IMG/VR virus record: IMGVR_UViG_3300009180_000022
Reading direction: 5' to 3' (one strand)
DNA: 64,000 nucleotides
DNA from: a virus
The notes beneath the pieces are model-generated. The model saw only the letters and a list, made by a program, of their open reading frames with translations, had not been told where the DNA came from and did no database searches. Shown one piece after another: positions 32,201-40,407 of this stretch (its first letter is position 1; each line of letters starts with the position of its first letter). The position numbers and the translations under genes are program-made.

Positions 32201-35200
32201 ATGCTACAAACCCAGTTATTCTGCTTGCAAGAACTGCTAATTCTACACTAGGTGGTAGGGCTCTTATAGCTGATAGTGATAATATAGGCACTATAACGTT
32301 TGCGGGTGATGCTAATACTGGAAGCAATTTTTCGATAGGTGCTCGTATTATAGGTAAAATTAACGGTACGGCAAATGACACTTCACTACCAGGATCATTA
32401 GATTTTCAGGTTACTCCAGCAAATGCGTTAGTACCAACGTCGAGAATGACAATAAATGCTAACGATACAATTACGTTTTCATCTAATTCTAATCTTAAAT
32501 TAGGTGTTAGTGTTTTAGGTAATACTCAGCTGGCAATAGGTAGTACAACTTCCAACGCCACTCTAACTCAAACATCGTTAAACATAGGTACATCAACAAG
32601 TAATGTACAGATAAATTCAAGCAGCCTGACTGTTGGTAATACTTCTTCTGGTACTGTCAACGCGTTTGCTATTAACTTAGGCGCAAACGTAAATATTAGT
32701 ACTAGTGGATTAAACATAGGCAATTCTACTGTCAATACTTTTATAACTGCATCGTCTATCAGCACAAACGGTACGCTTACAATCACCGGTAATACAACAG
32801 CCGGGCAGATTAATGCTACGAGTATTAATGCCAATAACCTGTCGCTATCTGGTAACTTAACTGTATCAGGTTCAATTACCTATCTTAACTCGACTACATT
32901 AAACATAGGTGATAATTTAATTACACTTAATGCCGATCTTACCAATGTAACTGCACCTACTGAAAATGCAGGTATTGAGGTTAACAGGGGTTCTGCTGCT
33001 AATACTAGTTTTTTCTGGGATGAGACTAACGCAAGATGGACAGCAGCCAATAATACCTATATTGCAGGTACATTAACGACAACTGGTAATACAGTTGCTG
33101 CTCAAATTAACGCAACGAGTATCAACGTCGGTGCTAACGTAACTTTAAATACCACAGCAATTAGTGTAGGTAATAGTACAGTAAATTCTGTAATTACAAG
33201 CACATCAATATCTGGCAATGGTGCCGGTATCCTTAACGTTAATGCAGCTACCGTTGGTTCTAATACTGCTAGTGATCTGAGAACCTATTCAGAGACTCAG
33301 GCCGCTAATGCATACTCAACTGGGCAAGCTAACTCGGCTAACGCCACTAACATTACTAGTGGTACACTTGCAACTGCAAGATTACCGGCTACAGTTAACG
33401 TTGCAACAGTCATTAATGTAGGTGCAAATGTAGGGTTAGGAACTAGTCAGCTTACTATTGGCAATACAACTGTTAATAGTTTTTTAAATGCAACCAATTT
33501 AAAGGTTAACACTACAACGATTAGTAGTAATGCTTTAACTATTTCTGGTGCAAATGCTACTGCAAACGCAACTATTCTATTGCAGCTTGATGGTGGTCAG
33601 GCCCAGGTTGAACTAGGTGGATCAGTTGGTGCATACATAGACTTTAAGACACCGTATGCTGATGATTATGATTATAGATTATCGGCAGGCGATACTGGTT
33701 TTACTATTACTGCTAAATCTTCGACTAATGCAGCGAATTCACTTTTTATTGTTGCTGACTCCGTATTTGTAAATTCAGCGTTCACTGTTGCTAACAACAC
33801 CGGTAATACCTTTATAATGAATGCTAACGGTGATGTTGGCATCAATACTACTGGAGGAGGCGCTGGTGTATCTGATCTTCTTCACATCAGAAAAGATTCA
33901 AACACCAATATTGGTATAGTAGTACAAAATAGAGTCGCAAACCTTTCGGCACAATCCAGTATTAAATTTATTACCGGTCAGTTTGATTTATCCGACTCAA
34001 GGTATTCAGAAATATCCGGATTTACTACAGCGGGCGGGGCATCCGGGTTACAATTCCGAACCGGTAATGGTGCTGCGCCTTCCAACAGAATTACAATTTT
34101 ACCTGCTGGTAATGTTGGTATCTCTAATACTGCACCTGACGCAGCGCTGGCCGTTACTGGTGCTGCAAACGTATCTGGTAATGTAATAATTGGGGGTACG
34201 TTAAGTACTTCCGGTAACACTGTTGCTGCTCAAATTAACGCTACAAGTATTAACGTCGGTGCAAACGTAATTATAAGCACATCCCAAATAAATGTAGGTA
34301 ATAGTACTGTTAATACAGTTATAACAAGTACAAGTATAACAGGAAATGGCGCAGGGCTTACAACAGTTAATGCAGCCACTGTTGGATCAAATACCGCAGG
34401 TGATCTGAGAACATATTCTGAAACCCAGGCATCAAATGCGTATACAACAGCTGTTGCTAATACATCGAACGCCACTAACATTACAAGCGGCACTCTTGCA
34501 ACTGCAAGGCTACCGTCTACAGTAAACGTTGCAACGGTTATAAACGTTGGTGCCAACGTTAATCTTGGTGTGACCGATCTAAGGATCGGCAATTCAACTA
34601 TTAATGCTGTAATAAGTTCGACTGCACTTACTCTTTCAACTAATACCGCCACCTTTGGTAATGCAGCATATATCGCAGCTAACGGTAATATATCTGTCGG
34701 AACTACTGCATCTAATTGGAAGCTTCTTGTAAACGGACCTACAGTAGCTAACGTTGCTAACTCACAATCACTTGTAGCAAGATTTACAGCAAATAATCAG
34801 AATAGTGATGCGTTAGAAATAACCAATACACGAGGAACGGATGGAGGAGTATCAGGAGATTGGACAACAGCCGGGTTTAGACTACAACAAAAAGTTGATG
34901 CAACCTGGATGGGTTACATGCAGTACAATGGAACTACGTCTGGATTAAATAATGGTGGTATTAGTTTTGGTACTGGTCAAAGCACATCTAACGCAATTTC
35001 TATTACCGAAAGATTGAGAATTACTGGGACTGGTAACATAGGTATTTCAAATACCGCACCTGACGCTACATTAAAGGTAACAGGTACGGCAAACGTCTCT
35101 GGAGCCGTAGTTATTGGCGGTACTACATCGATTGCAGGTAACACTACAATCGATGCGACTACCCTGACTACACGTGCAATTACTGCAAATGCAATTAATG

Positions 35201-35853
35201 TTACTGTAACGGTAGCAACGACCGGTCTAGACATGAATGGATCTGATATTGTAGACGTTAATAGGATTAATATTTCTGATCCTGGTCCGTATGAAGGTAT
35301 TTTAATTGATGGTGGTTCAGGCTGGGCTATATTTGAATCACCAAACAATCTTACAACTAACGGTTCAGGTAACCTGCAGTTTGTAGTTGCTAATACCCGT
35401 GTTGGAACGATCACAAGTACTGGCATTGACACCCCCTTTAATGTCACTGCTAACTTAGCTTTAAGTGTAATAGATACTAACGGGACTGCAACTGTTAACT
35501 CAACTGTAGTATCGGTGGGTTCTGTTGCTATTGGTGCATCTCTTCAAAAGTTTATTACATTTACACCACCTGATACTTCTAGCAACCAGATAGCAGATAC
35601 AATAGCTATTGCCACATACAGATCGGTTAGATATACAATACAGGTAACTGGTGGAGGATTCTATCAGAGTTCGGAAGTATCCTTAATTCACAATGGTACC
35701 ACGGTATACAAGACTGAGTACGGTATAAATAGTACAACAGCGACATGGAGTACATGTGATGCCGACATAAGCGGTGGAAATATGAGACTTCTAGTCACCC
35801 CATTATACGCAGGATCTGTATACAAAATATTTAGAACAGCAATACCAGTATAA
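29266..35853 (+). CDS. Long tail-fibre protein (2195 aa) with beta-propeller module, repeated shaft segments and C-terminal putative docking domain
   Basis: N-terminal ILQVKRTTVSGRLP...GEFAFNLADRKLY resembles long-fibre N-termini. Propeller repeats (F..DGTKMY, W.(I/L)STA) at ~29850-30590. C-terminal DTIAIATYRSVRYTIQ...SEVSLIHNG...TEYG. Confidence 0.8.
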   Translation: MANTKILQVKRTTVSGRLPNTSSTSNSSYIYPGEFAFNLADRKLYSQYASVPFEVGANLSSLVVTGNASITGTLTVVGNTIYTGNVVYINTTNLTVGDNIITLNSDVTGSPTESAGIEINRGTSANVSFLWDEANTRWTIGSQNLFVGGSINAVSISVTNFTAANIAAVNLSTSNNFAVSNTSFDINTGIAGWHYSGKALSVNAKESVPRGVSFSSDGTKMYVVGTSSSSVHQYNLSSAFDVTTGTFASTLSVSTQEAAPSGLFFKLDGTKMYIIGTTSDSIHQYSLATAWNLSTATADGVSYNIVQDTSPTDIFFSPDGTSVFILGNTNSRVNKYTLSSAWNISTATFNNFFAFSSSSNESNATGLTFNSTGTIMYLVGLNTNYIFSYALSTPWDVTTATITGYKSVYNVESGVQGVFYSQTSNKFWIVGASNDTVYQYDTNDSAALKVTANSLHITGILSVSNNISIDGNFHTLGTIKAENDIQTDGNLTVVGTTLLGNTTTVTGAFTVTGTTTTTSIQSTQTSGTITLGGTTGTGAITVGQSTGVQTLGLATGATTSSNTKTVNIGTAGLSGSITNVNIGSVVSGATGTTTINSNNVVVPNNLAVTGTANVATTINVGANLTINTTSYGIGNSTINAVLTSTSLLIGNTVANTTAVAVGANVIANTTALLVGNSSVNSIITSSLLTTTTANLSTSVNVGANVNLSTTQIKVGNSSVNTVITSTTITGNAAATLGNTTINGSLTVTANTVAAQVNTTSINVGANVNISATQLNVGNSTVNTVITSTTMTGNGAGILNVNAATVGSNTASTLRTYSETQAANAYTTAQANSANATNISSGTLATARLPATVNVATTVNVGANVNLGTSSINVGNATINTVITSSTITTSGNVFASGGLVVNTNSSTDAVRITQLGAGNALLIEDDTSTDVTPTVIDTNGVLVRGATSKASHWSASVAAPESFFVGNSGSSIGVGIIGHATNPVILLARTANSTLGGRALIADSDNIGTITFAGDANTGSNFSIGARIIGKINGTANDTSLPGSLDFQVTPANALVPTSRMTINANDTITFSSNSNLKLGVSVLGNTQLAIGSTTSNATLTQTSLNIGTSTSNVQINSSSLTVGNTSSGTVNAFAINLGANVNISTSGLNIGNSTVNTFITASSISTNGTLTITGNTTAGQINATSINANNLSLSGNLTVSGSITYLNSTTLNIGDNLITLNADLTNVTAPTENAGIEVNRGSAANTSFFWDETNARWTAANNTYIAGTLTTTGNTVAAQINATSINVGANVTLNTTAISVGNSTVNSVITSTSISGNGAGILNVNAATVGSNTASDLRTYSETQAANAYSTGQANSANATNITSGTLATARLPATVNVATVINVGANVGLGTSQLTIGNTTVNSFLNATNLKVNTTTISSNALTISGANATANATILLQLDGGQAQVELGGSVGAYIDFKTPYADDYDYRLSAGDTGFTITAKSSTNAANSLFIVADSVFVNSAFTVANNTGNTFIMNANGDVGINTTGGGAGVSDLLHIRKDSNTNIGIVVQNRVANLSAQSSIKFITGQFDLSDSRYSEISGFTTAGGASGLQFRTGNGAAPSNRITILPAGNVGISNTAPDAALAVTGAANVSGNVIIGGTLSTSGNTVAAQINATSINVGANVIISTSQINVGNSTVNTVITSTSITGNGAGLTTVNAATVGSNTAGDLRTYSETQASNAYTTAVANTSNATNITSGTLATARLPSTVNVATVINVGANVNLGVTDLRIGNSTINAVISSTALTLSTNTATFGNAAYIAANGNISVGTTASNWKLLVNGPTVANVANSQSLVARFTANNQNSDALEITNTRGTDGGVSGDWTTAGFRLQQKVDATWMGYMQYNGTTSGLNNGGISFGTGQSTSNAISITERLRITGTGNIGISNTAPDATLKVTGTANVSGAVVIGGTTSIAGNTTIDATTLTTRAITANAINVTVTVATTGLDMNGSDIVDVNRINISDPGPYEGILIDGGSGWAIFESPNNLTTNGSGNLQFVVANTRVGTITSTGIDTPFNVTANLALSVIDTNGTATVNSTVVSVGSVAIGASLQKFITFTPPDTSSNQIADTIAIATYRSVRYTIQVTGGGFYQSSEVSLIHNGTTVYKTEYGINSTTATWSTCDADISGGNMRLLVTPLYAGSVYKIFRTAIPV
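31639..34565 (+). repeat. Three intragenic ~220 bp repeats (starting ~31639, 33214, 34342)
   Basis: Repeated GNGAG...VNAATVGSNTA..LRTYSETQA.NAY....AN..NATNI.SGTLATARLP.TVNVAT..NVGANV. Confidence 0.85.
35724..35731 (+). promoter_or_regulatory. Possible late promoter for the three spike paralogues
   Basis: TATAAATA within the 3' end of the long fibre gene, ~155 bp before 35887. Confidence 0.45.
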
Positions 35854-35886
35854 CAATTAATCGCCTTTAATAGAGAGTGAAATTAA

Positions 35887-37230
35887 ATGGCAACAATAAA
35901 ACCCTTCACGGTCAATAATGGCCTTGAAGTAAATAGCAATGCTAACGTAGCTACCTACGTTAGCGCATACGACTACTACCAGACGGCGGTGCTAGGTCCA
36001 ATCCAGCAGCCTTCATTTGCTGTTGATCTCGTTAATACTAATCGCCTTGATTCAAGAATCCTATTTACCCGGGCATCAAAGGCATCCTATGTTAACTCAC
36101 AGGGCGTAATAGCATATGCTGATATAAATGAGCCTAGGTTTGAAAGTAGATCTGAAAGTCCGTACTCACAGCTAGGTCTTTTAATAGAAGAGTCAAGAGC
36201 TAATAGACTTATATTCTCAGGGGAGTTGCATAGATATACCGGCAGCGGCGGTACTGCTGTTGCAAATACCAATATCACTGCGCCAGATGGTACGTTTACA
36301 GCAACTACATTTACTGAAAATACCGATACGAGTCACTATATACCTGTAAATTTTCACAGCACACCACCATCATTAGGTACGGTATTTACCGTTTCGGTAT
36401 TTGTGAAACCTAATGGAAGAACAAAATTTCAAATACAAACAGGCGGTGATAATTTAGTATGCCAGTTTTACCTAGACACTCTCACCTTTAATATTAGTAC
36501 GGCAATTGCAGGGTCAGCATCAATTACACCTTTTAATAACGGATGGTATAGATGTTCGGCATCATTTACAGCCGGTGCGGCATTAAACTCTATTCTTCTT
36601 ATTCTTTTAGATAATACACCTACTGGTAGTTACCAGGGTGATGAAGTCAGTGGGATGCACTTTTGGGGTGCTCAAAGTGAAAATGGAAGTTGGGCAACTT
36701 CATACATCCCAACTACAGACGTTTCAGCAACCCGTGCACTCGATGTTGCAAATGTACAAGATGGCGCTTTTAGAAATTTTTTCAATCAGTCCGCCGGAAC
36801 GTTATATGCTAAGTATATCAGATTAGTATCAGCAACCGGTGGTTTAACTGGTAGAGTGTTCAGCCTTACCGATGTTACTCGTTTAAATATAATGGAATTA
36901 TATATTAGTAGTATTATGGAGCCTGGCGGCCAGTTTGTATCGGAAGGGGTCGACCAGGCAAGTTATATAATAGGGGCTGTAGCAGCTAATACACTTATAA
37001 AATCTGCAATAACATACGGTATCAGTAACACAAACGTGTTCTATAATGCTGCATCTAATGGCACGTTAGGAGGTAATGCAACAAAGTTAGCTATAGATAT
37101 ACCTTTAGTAGATAGGGCTGATATTGGAAATAGAGATAGCTTAACCAGGCCGCTAAATGGTTACATACAGCAAATTAGATATTATCCTACCCGTCTATCT
37201 GATTCAGACTTGCAAGTACTAACAACATAA
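35887..37230 (+). CDS. Putative receptor-binding/spike protein, paralogue 1 (carbohydrate-binding-like and LamG-like domains)
   Basis: FTRASKASY...NEPRF...GLLIEESRAN, APDGTFTA, NGWYRCS, WGAQSENG...TSYIPT and LNGYIQQIRYYP. Confidence 0.7.
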   Translation: MATIKPFTVNNGLEVNSNANVATYVSAYDYYQTAVLGPIQQPSFAVDLVNTNRLDSRILFTRASKASYVNSQGVIAYADINEPRFESRSESPYSQLGLLIEESRANRLIFSGELHRYTGSGGTAVANTNITAPDGTFTATTFTENTDTSHYIPVNFHSTPPSLGTVFTVSVFVKPNGRTKFQIQTGGDNLVCQFYLDTLTFNISTAIAGSASITPFNNGWYRCSASFTAGAALNSILLILLDNTPTGSYQGDEVSGMHFWGAQSENGSWATSYIPTTDVSATRALDVANVQDGAFRNFFNQSAGTLYAKYIRLVSATGGLTGRVFSLTDVTRLNIMELYISSIMEPGGQFVSEGVDQASYIIGAVAANTLIKSAITYGISNTNVFYNAASNGTLGGNATKLAIDIPLVDRADIGNRDSLTRPLNGYIQQIRYYPTRLSDSDLQVLTT

Positions 37231-37231
37231 T

Positions 37232-38578
37232 ATGGCAACAGAAAACGATTTTATAACCCCTGCCGGACTTTATGTTTATGAGACCGCAAACGTGGTCGGA
37301 AATACAACGTCTTCAGACATGTATGCCGAAATTACTGAATCCTTATCTCAACCTAGTGTAATGTTTGATTTTTATAAATCAAAAAAACTGGATTCAAGAT
37401 TAGAATTTACAAGGGCAACTATCGGATCATATTACGATGCAGATGGTATTCTATCATACGCTGCAGTCAATGAACCTAGGTTTGATTATGACCCTGTGAC
37501 CGGTATATCGAAAGGTTTATTAATTGAAGAAGCAAGAACTAATTTACTAACTTACAGTGAACAATTTGATAATGCATCATGGTCCATAGGAGCAGCAACT
37601 ATTACCTCAAATGCTACTACTGCACCAGATGGAAGTTTTACTGCTGATTTATTTGTAGAAGATACAAACAACAATTCACATTCAATATCGCCTACAGTAA
37701 ATATTAACATAGGCACAAATTATACTTTCTCAGTATATGCCAGAGCAGGAACTCGTTCAGTTATTGAGTTAGCTGGGCTAGGTTTTTCTGCGCAAGGATA
37801 TACTGCTATTTTTGATCTTTCGACGGGATTAATGACAAGCAATATTGGCGGATTTGGTAAAATAATTAATGCCGGTAATGGTTGGTATAGATGCCAATTT
37901 GTTGTCACTGCATCTGGGGGTTCAACACCAGTAATTTATTTAAATAATGGTACATCATCTGTATATACTGGCGATGGCACATCTGGAATATACGTATGGG
38001 GCGCGCAACTCGAAGTTGGACCTTGCGCAACATCTTACATACCAACAATTGCATCTACTGTTACAAGATCTCAGGATGTAACATTTATAAAGGATGATAA
38101 CTTTAGTAGCTGGTATACTGCAAATTGTGTTGTTTATGTTGAGGTTAGTGGAACCAATGTTAGTACACCACCCTACCCGGTTATATTTCATTTAGATAAT
38201 GATGAGTCTACGAGTTTTATAGGATTGATTTACTATGGTGGTTCTCCAAACCTAGGCAATATTAGTGTAAGGACTAGTAACGGCATAACCTATAATGAAA
38301 ATGTAATTAGTTCCGGTACAGTTGTAAACGATACATTCTGCAAAATAGCTGTACTAATAAACAATCAACCTGGTAACACAAGCAATTACATAACTGGATA
38401 TGTTAACGGAGTAGGAACAACGTTTACTAACTCAGCGTTACCAACCGATATTACCAGGCTGCGCATTGGAACATATCGATACGATCAACAGCTTAACGGC
38501 CATATAAAGAAGATTGCTTTCTATCAACTTACAGGCACAAATGCAACTGCCAATAGCCTTATGGCAATGACCTTATAA
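37232..38578 (+). CDS. Putative receptor-binding/spike protein, paralogue 2
   Basis: FTRATIGSY...NEPRFDY...GLLIEEARTNL, APDGSFTA, GNGWYRC, WGAQLEVG..ATSYIPT and LNGHIKKIAFY. Confidence 0.7.
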   Translation: MATENDFITPAGLYVYETANVVGNTTSSDMYAEITESLSQPSVMFDFYKSKKLDSRLEFTRATIGSYYDADGILSYAAVNEPRFDYDPVTGISKGLLIEEARTNLLTYSEQFDNASWSIGAATITSNATTAPDGSFTADLFVEDTNNNSHSISPTVNINIGTNYTFSVYARAGTRSVIELAGLGFSAQGYTAIFDLSTGLMTSNIGGFGKIINAGNGWYRCQFVVTASGGSTPVIYLNNGTSSVYTGDGTSGIYVWGAQLEVGPCATSYIPTIASTVTRSQDVTFIKDDNFSSWYTANCVVYVEVSGTNVSTPPYPVIFHLDNDESTSFIGLIYYGGSPNLGNISVRTSNGITYNENVISSGTVVNDTFCKIAVLINNQPGNTSNYITGYVNGVGTTFTNSALPTDITRLRIGTYRYDQQLNGHIKKIAFYQLTGTNATANSLMAMTL

Positions 38579-38584
38579 AAACAT

Positions 38585-39859
38585 ATGGCAACAAATCGAA
38601 ATTTTATTGTTAAGCAGGGTATACAGGTAGGCACGTCAGCCAATGTGATAGGCGATTTTACGTCTAACACTTACAGTTCTAATAAATACAATATAACCGG
38701 CAATCCATCGTTTGTTATGGATTTCTTAAAGTCACCGGTACTAGACTCCAGGGTAACATTTACTAGATCAAGTAAAGCAACCTATGTTAACCAACAAGGT
38801 ATTGTAACTACAGCCCAGGTCAATACTCCACGCTTTGAGTATGACTACGCTACAGGGGAGTTCCTTGGATTGTTGCTTGAACCGTCGGTAACTAACATTA
38901 TACAAAGCAGCTCAAATTACAATGATGTATCTACTGCTTGGAGCTATTACGGATCAGCATTTACAATACCTAACACTACGATTGCTCCTGACGGAACGAA
39001 TACAGCAAGTACCCTCCTTCAAGCCACAGATATAAGTACCGGCGGACATAACATTTATCAGATAGCTACTGTAGTAACTGGTAACTATTATGTGTTTAGT
39101 TTATGGGTGAAGAGTGCCGGTGCCACGACCATAACGATAAGAATAAGAGATAGTAATGCTGGTGACGCATCTACAGCAGTTACATTAACCAATAACTGGC
39201 AAAGAATATATGCTTCATACTTTATACCTACTACAGCAACAACATCTGGTACAAGGTTTATGATTGGTTTGGCTGATGGTGATGTTTATATTTGGGGCGC
39301 GCAGGTTGAAAGGGGCGGCAGACCAACATCTTATACTCCTACCGATAATGCAACAGTAGTACGTGCTTCTGATTATGCTTATGTCGCCGGTGACGGATTT
39401 AATAGTTTCTTCAACCAAACAGCCGGATCACTAATTGTATCTTACAGCATGCCCAAAGATAGCGTAGAATCCACCTTTAATTTAATTGCAGGGTTCTCTG
39501 ATGGGTCGTTCGCCAATTCAATTACCATTTACGAGCGTTCAATAGATGATACCAATCGATTAAGCTACAGATCCAATAATATTGTATCGTTTGATATAAC
39601 TAATAGTACTGCATACACATATAATAACAATACAAGTAAAGTTATATTAACCTATGGTGCTGGAAGCTATTCCTTATCAGTTGCTTCTAGCACTACGGTT
39701 ACTGGTACTGCAGCTATCTTGCCTAATATGACTATGCTAGGAATAGGTACTAACTATCACACTGGCGGTAGCCTTGATGCAATTAACGGACATATAAAGC
39801 GAGTTGCTTTTTATCCAAGACAGTTTTCTAGTAACGAGTTGACTTCCCTCATATCCTAA
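38585..39859 (+). CDS. Putative receptor-binding/spike protein, paralogue 3
   Basis: FTRSSKATY...NTPRFEY...GLLLEPSVTN, APDGTNTA, WGAQVERG..PTSYTPT and INGHIKRVAFYP. Confidence 0.7.
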   Translation: MATNRNFIVKQGIQVGTSANVIGDFTSNTYSSNKYNITGNPSFVMDFLKSPVLDSRVTFTRSSKATYVNQQGIVTTAQVNTPRFEYDYATGEFLGLLLEPSVTNIIQSSSNYNDVSTAWSYYGSAFTIPNTTIAPDGTNTASTLLQATDISTGGHNIYQIATVVTGNYYVFSLWVKSAGATTITIRIRDSNAGDASTAVTLTNNWQRIYASYFIPTTATTSGTRFMIGLADGDVYIWGAQVERGGRPTSYTPTDNATVVRASDYAYVAGDGFNSFFNQTAGSLIVSYSMPKDSVESTFNLIAGFSDGSFANSITIYERSIDDTNRLSYRSNNIVSFDITNSTAYTYNNNTSKVILTYGAGSYSLSVASSTTVTGTAAILPNMTMLGIGTNYHTGGSLDAINGHIKRVAFYPRQFSSNELTSLIS

Positions 39860-39894
39860 CATGCTAAGTACTAACACTATAAACGGAGAAAATA

Positions 39895-40395
39895 ATGGCT
39901 TTTAGACTTACCGGTACCGAGCCGTATCAGGTACCCACAAATGCTGATTTAGGATCAATGGCGTATCAAGACGTCAATGGTGCTAGTATGGCTCAGGCAA
40001 ATATAGCCTACCTTTACGTTAATGGCGGAGATGCAACCAACGTACTTGCCTTAGATGATATTTCAGTCCGCTTTGATGGAGATGCAAGAACATTTACCCT
40101 ATCAATTGATAACTTTAATATTATTCCAGTAGCCCCAGAACAAATGCTAATTAGCATTGGTGGTATTATAGTTCAGCCTTTTATAAATACGGTAGATAAC
40201 GTTTATACACCAGTTACAGATAGCATTGGATTCAATAAAGGGTACGTGGTTAATAGCGATGGCACTATTACATTCTCTTTTGCACCTCAGCTAGGTATGG
40301 ATTTCGACGGAAGAATGCTTAACAATTCGCAAACTTACGCCACAAATAGATCTTACCCCTTTAAACCGCTTTCAATAGCATATTCAGATTATTAA
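39895..40395 (+). CDS. Virion structural / fibre-associated protein
   Basis: GTEPYQVPTNADLGSMAYQD and LDDISVRFDG...LISIGGIIVQP...ITFSFAP motifs. GGAG ribosome-binding site upstream. Confidence 0.6.
   Translation: MAFRLTGTEPYQVPTNADLGSMAYQDVNGASMAQANIAYLYVNGGDATNVLALDDISVRFDGDARTFTLSIDNFNIIPVAPEQMLISIGGIIVQPFINTVDNVYTPVTDSIGFNKGYVVNSDGTITFSFAPQLGMDFDGRMLNNSQTYATNRSYPFKPLSIAYSDY
40182..40189 (+). promoter_or_regulatory. Possible late promoter for 40408
   Basis: TATAAATA inside the 39895 ORF. Confidence 0.4.
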
Positions 40396-40407
40396 CGGAG
40401 AAAATAT

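Noticed and set aside
20881-34565. CRISPR-like array suggested by recurring DNA repeats
   Set aside because: The repeats are long, in frame, protein-coding and lack unique constant-length spacers.
35887-39859. Diversity-generating retroelement acting on the adhesin paralogues
   Set aside because: No reverse transcriptase and no template/variable repeat pair differing at adenines is visible in the window. The paralogues are diverged throughout.
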